Shown: piece after piece, positions 1 through 13,600 of the stretch
How positions within the stretch are numbered: position 1 is the first letter of the stretch
Layout: every line of letters begins with the position of its first letter
Program-made: the position numbers and the translations under genes
Origin: Vicugna vicugna
Taxonomy: Eukaryota
DNA length: 64,000 nt
Direction: 5' to 3'
Assembly (NCBI GenBank): GCA_013265495.1
Contig: MU058636.1
Location: forward strand, 1,674,001 to 1,738,000
Notes under the pieces: generated by a model
What the model saw: the letters and a program-made list of their open reading frames with translations, nothing else
What the model was told of the DNA's origin: nothing
Database searches by the model: none

Positions 1-1464
1 GACTAAAGTTTCAAAAAAAAAAAACCAACAACCCAGAAAAATTTTTTTTTCTTTTTGGCTGTGGAATAAAAACATGGGTCTAGCCACTCAGAGTTGCTTC
101 TAAGAAAACAGTGAAATGGAGTTGCCCGGTGATTATAAAATTTCTACAGAAAACTAGTTAACAAAAGAGATGTAAATGTTTTTCCATCAATGGAATAATG
201 TAGCAGGAGGGGGTTGCGTTTCCCCAACAAACAGAATCGGTTTTTGTGTGTTTGTCTGCAAGTTAGTTACTGATTACATTACTTAGTTTATTCAGGCTGG
301 GTAGCTCCTAATAATTATTTTTCAGGAGAACCACTAAATAGATAAGGTGCAGGACATCCTTGCAGAAGAGTCTAGATTCTGGCCATTGATGGCCTAATTT
401 ACAGGATGTTTTTCAACACATTCCTGCAGGCTTTCCACTGCGTTTGCACCCCAGCTCCTTGTTTTGTTAATGCCTTTGCTGTAGTTGTAAGCAGCTTCTC
501 AAACATAATCTTCAGCCGGTGTTTACTTTGACCACTGACTGTTGATTTAGAAGGAGCTCCTTTTTCAAAGGAAATCCCTCCACTTTTTCTGTGTCTAAAG
601 GCCAGAGAGAATAATTGTCATGGCACCCAGCCTCGTGTGTTTAGAGCTTTGAAATGATCACAAAATTACTTTTCCCCTTTCATTTATTTTCCTCTTAAAT
701 CCTGTTTTACAGTAATCATTCAAATGACTTCACAACATGGTCAGCCAAATAATGGCTTTAGGAGGCTGGTTATTTTAAATAGTGGGGACTAAATAGGCAC
801 TTCTCAGTACAAACCTTTTAAAAAGTATTTGTTTAGTGAACAAGAAATGTCTAGAATGTGAATGAAAATGTGTCAAAAATACAATCGTGCTTTTTCTAAA
901 ACTGTTTTACGCAAGAAAAATATAGATTTTATTCCTTGTTTGTACCTTTCTTGAAGATGGTATTCATAACTGCCCCTTTACATGATGTAAGAGGAAAAGA
1001 ACAGGGCAAGATGAGAAAGAAAAACATCTTTTAAAATTGTTATTGACATCTACCTAATGACTTGCAAATTAATATTAAATCATCAGCTTTGCAATATGAA
1101 TATCAAATAAGTTACTTTGCTGGGAGAAGCTCTACACCCTGCTTTCTGTCCCTTTCATAAATTCTTTGACTCTGTTAAGTTTATTCTTTGGGATGATGTT
1201 ATTCTTTGGCTGAGTTTAATATTTAAACTACAGAAAGAATAAAACTTGGCTTAGTCTAAATTGAGTTTGACTCTCCCTTGTAGCTTGGTAGTTCCTGTGC
1301 AATAGTCCCTCCCTCCCCCAAAATGGTGACAACATCAAACAACTGGGATGCTAGGTGAGAAGGTGCTTCCTGGCTGGGCTTGGGAGGACGTGGGCTCAGG
1401 GATCCCTTTAATGGCTAAATTGAGTCACAAGTGCTCTGGTGTGTTTCAACATATCTCCCCCATA

Positions 1465-1780
1465 TGATACTTATTAAATACAAAGGAGGAAAATAGTTAA
1501 ATTTCCAGTGGAGAAACTTGGCCTCACCACCTGAACTGTGGTCAAGGTTAACGTTACTCATCAAGGAACAAAGCCATATGTGTGCCTCCAAGAACGCGCT
1601 GTCATTCTGCAGTAGTCCCTCCACAAGCATGTTACTGACTCTGATCATTGAAAAACATCTAAATTGGGGAACATTCTGCAAAATAGCTGGCCTGTACTCT
1701 TCAAAAGTGTCACAAAAGACAAAGATCAGCTGGATGGTTCCTGACTAAAGATGACCAAATAGACATGATGACTAAATGCG
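1465..1780 (+). mobile_element. Old L1 (L1MC/L1ME-type) 3' UTR remnant
   Basis: gagaaacttggc...caaggttaac...gggaacattctgcaaaatagctggcctgtactcttcaaaagtgtca...agacatgatgactaaatgc resembles ancient L1 3' ends. Confidence 0.6.
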
Positions 1781-2112
1781 ATTCACTGTGGAAATTAGCA
1801 GCTGCATTTCATAGAAGGGAAACAAAGTTGGAGAGTTTCAAGGCTGATCTACCACATCAGTTTATGATGTGATCCAATCCATGAAATTCAAACAGAAGGG
1901 TACAGATCAAAAAGGGCAGAACAGAAGTGATTTTTGTCAGAGGCAATTTCGTATAGTGAAAACCTATGAATTTTATAGAACAAAAGTTATGGACTACTGA
2001 ATCCTGTGTATTCTCCAATACAGAGGCTAAGCAGGGAAGTAGAAAGAAAAGGATTTCATCTATTTTTATAACGCACAACCATGAACTCAGTAAACTAATA
2101 ACATGGGAGTTA

Positions 2113-3530
2113 TATTCACTCATTCAACAAATAGTTACTGAGTGCCTACCCTCTGGCACATCTGTTCTCTAGAGGAAAGAGACTAGACCATTGATTTGGA
2201 GAAGATGGAGGTCACTGGTAACCTTGACCAGAGCCGTATCAGTGGACAGGTGGAGGCAAAAGCCTGACTGGAGTAGTTTAAAGAGAAAATAGGAGATAAG
2301 GAAGTAAGGACAGTGAGCATAGGAAATCTGAAAACTGCTGTGAAGGAAAACCAAAATATTGGGGAATTGCTGGAAAAAAAATATGGAGTCAAGTAATTTT
2401 TTTAAGGTGAAAGATGTAACAGCAGGGTTTTTTTAGGTTGAATGGCCCAGGGGAGAAAGAGAAATTAGTGCTGCAAGAGAGAAAGAGGCAAGTTAAGAGC
2501 CAAGACCCTAAAAAAGCAAGAGGGAATGGAGTTCTGTGTAAGTGAGGCACTGGCTTTAGAAGCAGAGGGAAGGCAGCCCGCGTAGGCATGACAGGGGGCT
2601 GCTGAAAGAGCCGATCATGGGAAGTGAGGGCTTTTTTTTTTATCTGCTTCTATTTCTCAATCAAGTAATGGAAATATGGAGCTAGGTCAATATCTGGCTT
2701 GGTGTGTGAGCAGGATTGGAGGTCTAAGACATGAGAGCAGGATGCATGGAACAGATCTTTTGTTGAGCAGAAATGCAATGTGGCAAAGGCATGGAGTGAG
2801 ATGGTTGCTTGTCATCACCTGTGGTCATAAATTTAAAGTGAGACCTGTCCGCGTGGTGTGTGTTTTTTTGTAAGATACATTCAGCTGCTCAGGTGCCCAT
2901 CCAGGAAAAGAAGAAATCTGGGGGCTGACCAGAGTTTGCTTTTTTTCTTCCCAATAATATAGGCAATTACTACGGAGGAGTAAGAAGTCACGAGTGTACA
3001 CCACACTCTGGTGAATGGCCCTGGAGAATGGCACTCAGGAGTGACTGGCAAAGCATTAAAGCACTGGAGTGACAAGGGTGGAAAATGTTGGAGATGGGGT
3101 GTTAGAATCAATGGCTAGCTGGACCGGATGGAGTAGCAAGAAGCAAATGTGGCTTGGAGGGTGGTATGGCTCCCAGTGAGGACAGGACACAGGGAGATGG
3201 GGGCGGCGAAGATGCCGAGGAGCTGAGAGGCGGCACTGTTGACCAGGGCATCGACTTGGGTGCTGAGGCAAGGGCGCTTCTGAAGAGAATCAGTGTTCCG
3301 AGGGCCAGAGTCTTCAACACATGAAGGTTGGTAACAGGAAGTGGTGGCTGGGGACAGAGGCTGATGGCACATACACTAGTCCAGGGAGCTGGGAGGTCGG
3401 AAGGAAGAGGTGTGGAAGAGTCATAGAGGAGGTGAGTCTATGTTCAGAAGAAATAGTGAAAGCTGGGTCCTTAGGAGGAAGCCAAGTTGGCTTCACAGCA
3501 AGAAGGCGACTTAATAGGTTACGAATCAAT
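2113..3530 (-). mobile_element. LINE-2 remnant (3' end plus degraded ORF2 pieces)
   Basis: attcactcattcaacaaatagttactgagtgcctac is the reverse of the L2 tail. It continues into purine-rich L2 body sequence (ggaggtcactggtaaccttgacc...). The minus-strand peptide LLAVKPTWLPPKD resembles the L2 endonuclease LLxxTETWL motif. Confidence 0.7.
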
Positions 3531-3565
3531 TTAGTGTCAGATGATTGAGCTTTAAAAAAATTTAA

Positions 3566-3732
3566 AGATAAACAACAAGGTCCTGATGTACAGCACAGGG
3601 AACTATATTCAATACTTATAATAGCCTATAATAATAAAGAATATGAAAAGGAATACATATATGTATGACTGAATCACTATGCTGTACACCAGAAATGAAC
3701 ACAACATTGCAAATTGACTATAATTTTTAAAA
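3566..3732 (+). mobile_element. Artiodactyl/camelid-type L1 3' end fragment
   Basis: agataaacaacaaggtcctgatgtacagcacagggaactatattcaata...aacattgcaaattgactata, homologous to other copies in the window. Confidence 0.85.
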
Positions 3733-3841
3733 GCTTGAAAGAGAATACCCAAATATAGTAGAGTGGAAAATATAAGGACACACCCTAAAAACTTCAGATA
3801 AGCACTGTTCTATAAATTTTTTAAAAATTTGTGTATGTGAC

Positions 3842-3872
3842 TGTGTGTGTGTGTGTGTGCGTGTGTGCGTGT
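3842..3872. repeat. (TG)n/(TGCG) microsatellite
   Basis: Seen directly. Confidence 0.9.
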
Positions 3873-6800
3873 ACGTGTACTAGGTATAGACATAACATTC
3901 ATTCCTTACTCTAGGCTGGAGTCAGAAAAGTCTGAAAGCCATGGCAGTAGGTGACCCTATGCGGATGAGAATCTTTCTGGTGATAGATGACCTGGCTGAC
4001 TTGGAAACAGGAAGGGGAGTGGGGCATGATGGGAACAATACCTGTGATCTGTAAGGGAGAACTTGTGCTAAAGCCCCAGACTCTGGTGGCCTGACCCTGG
4101 TCTGTCTCTCACCTGGGCCCAAGTTCATGTGACGATTTTAGCATCCGACTGTGTGGCACCAGCAAGAGGCGATAGAAAGGCTCCCAGCATCTGAGCTGTT
4201 GTGCAGGATGGAGGCTGCCTCTTCTGCAGCTCAGGCAGCCGTGTTGGGACCACAAGCACAGCCGTGTCCTGGAGGGTTGATGTCCCGGTGGAGTGAGGCT
4301 GGCATAGATTTTCCTGGTCCAAGAAATCCTTGTAGGGACAGGCAACGTCAGAACTGAAAGTGCCATCATCTGACACCTTGGCGATACAGAAGCCTCAGGG
4401 AACACTCAGCTCCATTTCATCATGATTGATTAAGGAGCTAAGTATCCAGGAACAGCAGCAGCATAGCTGTGCTAATTCACTTTAATACATTGCTATTAAA
4501 TTCGAGGTTTTGCTGATGCTACTTTTGTACACACTAGTTGGGTATCTTAGTTCTACTAGCCCAGAACTCTCTGTAAGGAGATCGTGACCGTGAATTCAAT
4601 CTTCGTAAATGTAAGATTTTTATAAGTGACGCAACTGCGTGGCTTGGCCTGAAACCCTTCTTTTAGCCACAATGATCTCAGCTCCCACCATGGGGCCCTG
4701 GTCACAAAGAGGACCCACAGGACTTGTAGATGATTCAGGGCAAGTCCATCCCCCATAATTACATTTGTACAAATTTTGCATTCCCTTTCTATATGTAAGG
4801 CAGAACATTATGGAATTTCCTTCTCTCTCTTAAGGAATGATAACAAACCTATCAGGGATGCTTTAAAATTTCCCACAGGGAATATTATAAAAGACAAAAA
4901 GTCTAGTGAAAAGACTAGCTTCTGCCAGTCCCACTGGAGGCGTTCATCACTGTGAACATTAACTCACGTTGAGGTCGTCCTCTTTAAGAGGCTCTGTACA
5001 GATGTGTGTATCGAGCGTTCACAAACATCATTTCCTCCGGTTTTCCTGACCGCATTCAGAGACAGGCATCACAGATGACTGACGTGAGGCTCACAGTTTC
5101 TCCCATCATCCAGTCGGTCTGCAGGACCGCCATGGGTCACGTGTCCCGTGCTAGGCGTGTTCCTGAGTGATGCAGTTTGGCCAGTGAACTGGGAGAAGTA
5201 CCCGCTGATGTCTGGGGACCTGCCCTCGGGAGGGGAGGACTCGCTGTGGCCAGACAGAGCCCAGGGTCCTGGTTCTAATCCCAGTGCTCCCCGCTTCCTG
5301 CCTTCCTATCTTTCTTGGGAAAAACCAACAACGCATCCTATGATTCTTCTTTGACTTACACAGTGCTTTTCCCTTGGTGAAGATGGAAGAGAACAATGCA
5401 TCTCTCTTTCCCTCAAGTGCCTGAGATGGTGATTACAGATTAAAATCTTCATTTTGTAGAGTGCAGAAGTCACTTTTCCATGGCAGGAAAACAGGCAAGC
5501 TGGGGCTTGGATGCTTTCTTGCTTTGGGACTCCTGTTTTCATCAGTTTACTTCTGACTACATCTGGCTACACTATGAGATTTATGTGAATTTGAAGTACG
5601 TAACAGTCCCTTTGTTTTTCTATAGCCTCAGTCCCAGACACTTACAAAACTTCAGCTGTGCGTTTCTACATTGACAGCTGTGCACGTAGACTTCGGGTCT
5701 TTGCAGAGGCCACTGCAAAGTTTCAGGGATACTAGAAACAGAGGACTCCCATCATGGTCACTCTTGGCTGCAATATCCGAAAGCAAAACTGTTTCAAGAG
5801 AGAGCATTAAATAGTGACTATGAAACAAGGATTCCGGAGCCAAGACGTCTACCGAGTGGGGGGCATGGTGACTTGTGGTTTCCCATCTGAGTCGGGCAGG
5901 GACCAGGAAAGACATGTGCTGATTCGGTGCCATTTTAGCCATTTTCTTCATTTGTGCCTAATTAGTACAAACTTCCCCAAAGGCGCTAAGGTTCACTGAG
6001 GCTTTTCATTAGCAGGGGAGGGAGCGTGAGGGAGAAACTGGTGGAGGGGAGCCGAACAGTGAATTGTTCAAACTATATCTCTGTTCAGTGTGTCAAATAC
6101 ATTCTTGAGGCAGGTGCTTGAATTCACAGGCTCTTTAGAGAGAATTTAGCAGCCCCAGGAATATATTGGTTAAGAAGAAGAAAGGAGGGGTGGGGGAGGG
6201 TAGGTGGGGGGACACACAGCATCAGCTGCTAGGAGGGAAAAAGCTAATCGCAGAAACTTCTCTGCCTGCCGGGGAGAGGTGCAGCTGTCAAAGCAGGAAG
6301 GTAAATGAGTCCCAGGCTAAAGTGGGTTTCGCAGGAGAACTGTGTTCTCTGATAAATAGGGAAGCTTGAACTCCAGCACCACCCCGCTATTCCCTGGTAA
6401 TGCCCCATTTTGGCGCTGACTGGGTGGTCTTAAGCCCACTGCCACCCTGGCTCCAGCGGCCACAGCAATCAAGGCCCCGCAGCTGAGACCCTGGCTGACC
6501 TGCCTCGGAAGCCTTTTGCAAACTCCGATTCACTCATTTGTGTGGGGTGCTTTTTTTGCTACTTTATTTATGGGATTACATAAATGAGCCATTAAAAATG
6601 TAAATCTTCAGAACAGTGGAATAATACAGATTTAAACAATCAGCTCGGGGCGGTACAGTACAGAAACAGTCCTGCACCCGCGCTATCGCCCGTCGTGACT
6701 ATGGCAACAATAGGAGGTCCAGGGAAGGACAGAGGAGAGAGAAATAAAACGTCCGCACTGCGGCCGTCCTTGGCACCAGAGAAAGATTCGGTTTTTTTTT

Positions 6801-7458
6801 TTTTTTAAGGAGCATTAGAACAATAATGAAGATGTACCATTATAACCAACAAAGGACGGCGGGGCATCCCTCACACAGAGCGGTGCCAGGGCAATCCGGA
6901 GCACCACAGATTTGAGAAGTTTATCCCACCTCGTGGCAAAGTATTTAACCCTTTTGTGGCTTTTTGCAGAAGCCAAGAAGAAAAATAAAAGAACAAGGGG
7001 GATGAGCTGGGACAGAATTTTTTTTTAACTCTATTTCTACAAGTGAATTCTATGGTATCTTTCCTTCCAGGCCAACAGGCCAGACAAATGTTACCTGCTT
7101 TCTGCACTGAGCAGGGCACCGCTTAAGGGCAGCGGGGGCCGTGTGTGGTGGCCTGTTGCTTACGTGGCAACCTGGGGTCCCCCAAAATGCAGTGGGCCCT
7201 AAGGCTCCTCTGCAAAGTTGAAAACCACTGCCCTCGGCTAAGGTCCCCACCCCCGCCTTTCCATGACCTTCCTACAGGTCTGACACCCAGAGGGTGAGCC
7301 TACTGGTGAGGGCTCCAGTGCAGGTAAGTAACAGGTATACCTGACAGAGCAGGTGCACCGGGAGGAACAGACTTGCCCAGGTGAGACTTCCACACTTGAT
7401 GCCCGGACACCCCTGTCAACAGGTAGAGGCAATGAGCCTTTCACACCATTTCCTCTTC

Positions 7459-7910
7459 TTTTTTTTTTTAACTTTTTAAAAAAAATTGAAGTGTAGTTGA
7501 TTTACAATGTTAGTTTCAGGTGTTCAGCAAAGCAATTCAGTTATACATAAACATACACATATATTTTCATATTCTTTTCTATTATAGCTTATTACTAGAA
7601 ATTGAATGTAGTTCCCTGTGCTGTACAGTGGACCTTGTTGTTTATCTGTTTTATATATAGTAGTGTGTGTCTGTTAATCCAAACTCCTAATTTATCCCTC
7701 CTCTCCTTTCCCCTTTGGTCACCATAGATTGTTTTCTATGTCTGTGAGTCTAATTCTGGCTTGTAAATAATATTTGTATCTTTTTTTTTGATTCCACATA
7801 TAAGTGATATCATACAATATTTGTCTTTCTCTGTCTGACTGATTTCACTTAATACGATCATCTCTAGGTCCATCCATGCTGCTGCAAAGGGCATGATTTC
7901 CTTCTTTTAC
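7459..7910 (-). mobile_element. Artiodactyl/camelid-type L1 3' end
   Basis: T tract, then attgaagtgtagttgatttacaatgtt...tctctaggtccatccatgctgctgcaaagggcatgatttccttctttt, the reverse complement of the copies at 27720 and 44620. Confidence 0.9.
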
Positions 7911-10007
7911 ACAGTTTTCTCTTGCAGTGGCCTCATCTGTACCCACAGCAAAGGAAGTCCCGGTAAGCTGAGTTCCCAGCACAGCTGCCTCTGGTCAGCT
8001 GGGATCAGACAGGCCCGAGCTCTGTGTCCTGGCCTCCTGTGCAGACTTGGGGCTGCTTGTCTTGTTCCCTCTCTGGCTGAATCCCCCGCCCCCAGTTTAC
8101 CCTTTGTACCCACCTTCCTTGTCTATTTCTTCCCCTACCATGTTCTTAGAAACCTCTGGCTACAATCCCAAAGAAGTGGCTTCAAGCTCTACCAGGTACA
8201 GTCATCTGCTTCCCAAGTCTAGACCGAGGAGAATGGGCCCAATTCATGGCTCTTTGGGGAGGTTGGGGTGGGGACTTACAAACCAAATGACCCCAACTCA
8301 CCCGGGGCTTCTGAGCCCAGAATTCTTAGAGTTTATGACAGCCCTCCAGGGAAGGGTTCTCAGCCTTAGCTCCACGCGGGAATCATCTGCAAGACGTTAA
8401 AGAATACCGAGCCCTCCGTCCGGCTCCAGAGATTCTGATCCGGTCGCCAGGGGCACAGGAACTTGTTAGAGCTCCCCAGCTGGTTTAATGCACTTCCAGG
8501 GCTGAGAACCACTCGTCCAGAGACAACGCAGCTGAGTAAGAATTATCAGGATGGAGAGAGTGCTTTTGTCTTAGATGTCACAGCCACCAGGCTGTCACAA
8601 TTTAGGAGGGCTGGGCGCAGTGTGGCAGAGGGTGTGGACAGTACACGGAGTCGGGAAACACCAGCTATCTTTCTGATTCGAATCGGAAATGGAGACGGAT
8701 GCTGCCTTTCTGTTATAGCAAACACTGGGGGTGGCACAAGAAAGACCTGGGTCAGTGTCTGTTATGTCCAGAGAGGTTTCCAGTGGGGAGAAGAGGGGGC
8801 ATTATGGCTGCTGGAAGGATTCCAGAGAGTTTGAAACAATCGTGTTAGTGGATCCATTCACTTGTTCATTCCACAAATACATGCTGAGTGACTGCTGTCT
8901 TACTGACACTTGGCTCAGCCCTGAAGACAGAGCAGAGCACAGAAATCTTCCCTCTTGGAGCTACATTCTGGTGAGGGACCTTACAAGCAGTGACCCCGGT
9001 CATTATTTACATGACAGTTTCAGGAAATTGTGGTCCAGGCTGCTGTGCGAGGTGTCACGAGGTTGTGTCTACACCCCTCTGAGTCCCCATCCAGCCCTCC
9101 ATCCTGTATAACCCGGACTCTTACTGAGCAGAGCAGGACGTATTACATGACACCGACCTCATGGGGTCAAGTTCTTGTTAGCTGAAGTGAACTGACACAT
9201 TGAGAATTAGGTGCATATAGGTTGATTTTTTATGGCGTCTCCAGCGCTCAAGCTGGGAGAGAAGGCTTTTGGGGAAATGATATTAAAAGCATGTGAAATA
9301 TCTTTAGACAGACGCCTGCAGAGTCGGATGGACTGGCTGGGTTAACTCTGAAGAGTCTGAACTAACAAAAGCCACCCCCAAACAACACAACGAGTGCAGA
9401 GTAATATTGCTTATGCTAAGTCCGTGTGCACTAAAGAGGCTCTGTGGGAGAAATGGGGGGGTGTTGAGGGGGGCCAGTGGACAGGAGGGATGAGGCATGC
9501 AGACGGGGGGGGGGGACACTCCCTGCAGAAGAAGGCGAGAGCCCCGCCCCCAGCCCTGCTGTTCTTCCCTCCTCTGGCCTTGGCTTTGGCACCGCTCCTC
9601 CCCAGGCTGTTCTGAGCTTCCTCAAGGCCCCACCTGAAAGACACTCCCACATGCACAGAAGAGGTACACACCACATGGAGGGGGTGGCTGAGAGGCAACG
9701 GACAAATTTTCACATTGCAGATAGACAGTAAAAGGGTGTCCTAGGTTAGGAGTGACCATAGTTAACCCTCAACCATTTAAATGAGCACAGGCTACAGGAA
9801 ACCCAGAGACTTTTTCTACGTAGTTTTGGAATGCAATGTTCTTCCTTACTAGACTTATCCTGGCTGATTGGGAGTCTTCTGAGGGCAGAAACTATGATTA
9901 ATCTTTTATTCTAGTAAAAAAGTAACTTGTTGATAAGAAGGATGCTGTATTCATCTTTGCTGCATAAGTTAAGTAAGTGATATCCTGACTCAGAAGTGTT
10001 GGGGGGA

Positions 10008-10170
10008 CAGACATAGAAATAAACTTACGGTAGCCAAGGGTCGGAGGGGGAGTGGGAGGGAAAGGACGGATAAACTGGGAGCTCAGGATTAGCAGATACA
10101 CACAACTATACATCAAACAGGTAAGCAACAAGGCCCTACCGTACAGCACAGGAACTATATTCAATAGTTG
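10008..10170 (+). mobile_element. L1 3' UTR internal fragment
   Basis: cagacatagaaataaacttacggt...gattagcagatacacacaacta...agcacaggaactatattcaata. Confidence 0.8.
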
Positions 10171-10581
10171 CTGTGGGTCTCAAAGAAAGATGGTTTTCAT
10201 TGAAATTGCTTCTACAAAAGCTACTTTTCCATCTTATTTTCTATAAACTGGGGCTACAGAAGGAGGACAGAATAACTTGTCCAAACTTCATGATTAGAGG
10301 CCAATGTTTTCATTTTCTAAATGTTTTCCCATGTTGCGAGAAGTGAGAACTTCCTAATTAAGTGAATCATCCTTGTAGGTTCTTCTTATTTTCAGATTGG
10401 GGAGCATTGTTAAGTGATGTGGAATTCATAGGGACCAATTTTTTTTGTAAGCTGACTGGTTCACACATTGAGAATTTGGCTCAAATAGGTTGAATTTCTT
10501 ACTGCTTTTCCAATTCTCAAGTCGGGAGAGGAGGCTTTCGGTGATACATGAAAAGTGGTATCACAGAGTTTGGTTAATCTC

Positions 10582-10680
10582 GTGATGATGGTGGTGGTGA
10601 TGATGGTGGTGATGGTGGTGGCAGTGGTGGTAAAGGAGAGGAAGGAGGAGAAGGGGAAAGAGGAGGAGGAGGAAGAAGGT
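10582..10680. repeat. (GGT/GAT)n followed by (GGA)-rich low-complexity tract
   Basis: Seen directly. Confidence 0.85.
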
Positions 10681-13600
10681 CAGAAGAGCTACCAACATAG
10701 CTGTTGTTCACATATCCCCATTACACTGGATTTATTGGTTGACCTGGTGACAATACTGATTATTTTCCTTAATACTAGCAATATTGTGAAACTGCAGAAT
10801 ATTCTGAAAGAATTTCCATTTGGTCTTTTGTGCCAAATCAAGAATTTTCACCTGGGTAAGGCCTTGTCATTTTGTTCATTTTTCTGGACCCTGAGCACTT
10901 GGCAAGCAAGACAGGAATTCAGAGCTGTAGGTTTTTAATGACTTCAGCAGGAGGGTTCCGCCCAGGATTTCTCTGCCCCCTTCCCACTGAGACACTTGGA
11001 TTGACGTTTTAAGTTGTTTACCCAAAAATGAATAAACAAAACCCAGTGACAACATTGCCTCTTCTTTCATCTTACTATCTTGAGGCAATCAACGTTTTAA
11101 AAGTTACCATTAATTCATCTTCTATATTTTGCCTTCTTAGAGAGAGCGGAAAAAAAAAAACTAAAGCGCACTAACTAGTTTAAAGAGATGATGCAAACAA
11201 AGCAGGCTTTTTCCTCCCCATGAACTGTGTATATAATTACTTGAATCACGTTGAATTTCACCCATATGCTGGGGAAGGAAAAAAACCGGCAAAAATAACT
11301 ACTGTGAATTCAAACGGCAAGTGAATGGAACCGGCCTCATTCATAAATGTCATATGAAGCTTTGGTTAAAAAGGCAAGTCTGTCATTCCGGGGACAGCAG
11401 CTGTTGTTATGTTGAACAAAATGGATACAAATGGGTATTATTTTAAAGTGAAATGCTTAATTTCAGGCCTCACAAGCACACTGTCCTCTGTGTAAGCCCT
11501 GTGTCACACGAGCCATGATCTCCAGTAGAGGGCTTGATTGCACAGGAAATCACGCTCACGGGCTGTGGCCGACCGGACCAGCAGACACACTGGCAATGTT
11601 TGAGTTACTATGGCAATCACAAAATGGGAAGGCCTTTTCTTCTTTTCCCCATCTCTGCATGCAGCCGCAGCCTGCTCCTGAATAGGCCACATCTGCAAAA
11701 AGTTTTAACACGGTACTCAGATAAAGAAAGGATCCCAAAAATGAGCACTGACCCGTCTCAAAAAATGTTGCAAATTTTACACACAAGAATTGGGGAGCCG
11801 GGCCACTTTGCACAGGTTATGTCATAGTGCACACACAAAGGGATAAAAGTGCGTGAAGGCTTTGGCTGTCAGATATTGAGAGGAGGGAACAGCAGAAGTA
11901 AATGACAGCTTAAATGCAGATGTAAGGAGAAAAGTCAAAGATGGGTGACAGAAAGTTACTGGTCAATGAATAAGGGAGAAATTTCAAACACACACACACA
12001 AAAAACCAGACAAAAGGGTAAAATACAATAAAATCTATCTATAGAGATTTACTGAGAAAACCCCCCAAAGCATATTTAGCAAATCTTAGAACTATGAAGC
12101 CCTGTGAAACCAACACATGGCCCTTCAGACGGGGTCTTTGTAGACTTTCTGCGCCCATCACTGTGTGCACGCAGCTTACAGACAGACGAGGGTGCTTCCA
12201 AACAACAGCAGAGCCCCCCTGGGGACCGATATTTTAGACACAGCTTGGAAAAATTTGCTAATAAAAAACTGCATAAAGACAGGTATTGAGAGTCCCTGGA
12301 AACAAGCCTTCCTTGGAACTGAGGGACTGGCTTACCCTAATTCTTGAGTTCTTTTAGGTTGAAAATATATTTTCCCCTCCCCCTCCCCCTTCCCACCACT
12401 ACACCCTCCACCTCCTTACGCACTTTAAAATCTGACACTGAGATTTTACTGAGTCTCCTCCTCTCTCCTGGGTTTCAAGGTGGTGGGGAGTTTTCTGGAA
12501 TGGAGTCCTTGGCATGAGGGGCACCATCTTTAGGCTTCTGAAGAACCTGGATCTTCCCCCCGACCTGTGGTTTATTCCCCCCCGCCACCCTCTCCTCGGA
12601 GCCACAGGAGCAGCTATGATGTACTCCCTCTGGAAAAGTCCAAGTGCTGAGAAGAAGCAAAAGTACTGAAATTAATCTTCACTTCTTTTAACTTAAAGAG
12701 CTATTCATGGCGTGAAAGCAGTTGGAAAAGACTTGGGTGGGTAGCGGACTGAAAAGTCGCCATTTGCAAGAGTTGAAACTAGAGGGAAGAATACTTTTAA
12801 GTAGCATGAACTCACCACAAAAAGTCCACAGCGCTGAAAGGCGTCTAGAGTCCAGTAAAACTGACACAACATTTCACATTCATTGACTCTTGTTCTTTAG
12901 GGGGAGTTTTCGTATGAAGAGAAAGAGACAATGGAAGACAATAGTGCTACCTTATCAAAGTTCATTCATGCAGCTACTTCACATACTTTTAACTGCTTGT
13001 CAATAGGTCTTGCAAGTCTCTGAGATTCTAAACGTTCTGTCGCATTTGTGTACTAACCACTTAAAGTTCTGCTAAAGCTTTGTGACCTGGACTGCCTCCC
13101 CTTTATGTGGGTCAAAATGCAAGGCGAAGCCATTGTGTAAAACGGCCTTCATTAAATTCATTGATTTGACCTGTATTTTAAAGACCAAAAGTCAAATGGA
13201 ATGGGAAGTTAGAGTTCCCATACAAAACCTTCTCCTGGCCACTTTTCGGCTTCCTTGAACTCTCTGCTGTGGAGGCAAAGGACATTTTCAGGCTGTTTGG
13301 AGTCCATCTTGCAGCTAGATGAGGATTTTCCAAGGAAAGTTGGTGGTGGTTTTTAATTTTATGCAAGGGTGAACCAAACGCTAAGGTTGAAGTAAGCCAC
13401 TGTCTTGAACTTGATTTTCATCTCGAAGGAGTAGTTTTGTCCACCTTATCCAGCAGCCTTACAAGGCCACAGCTAAGGCTGGCCCATCTGAGACTCTGCC
13501 CAGGGGTATCTGCTCAAACTGTCTGAGTGAACTGTCATTCTTTTAGTCAATGCGCGCTTTGGGGCTTAAGATGAGCTTCAATTTTCTTTTGGACATTTGG

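Noticed and set aside
10555..10938. 127-aa ORF with a hydrophobic run and an acidic run (membrane-protein-like)
   Set aside because: The composition comes from the (GGT/GAT)n and (GGA)n simple repeats.
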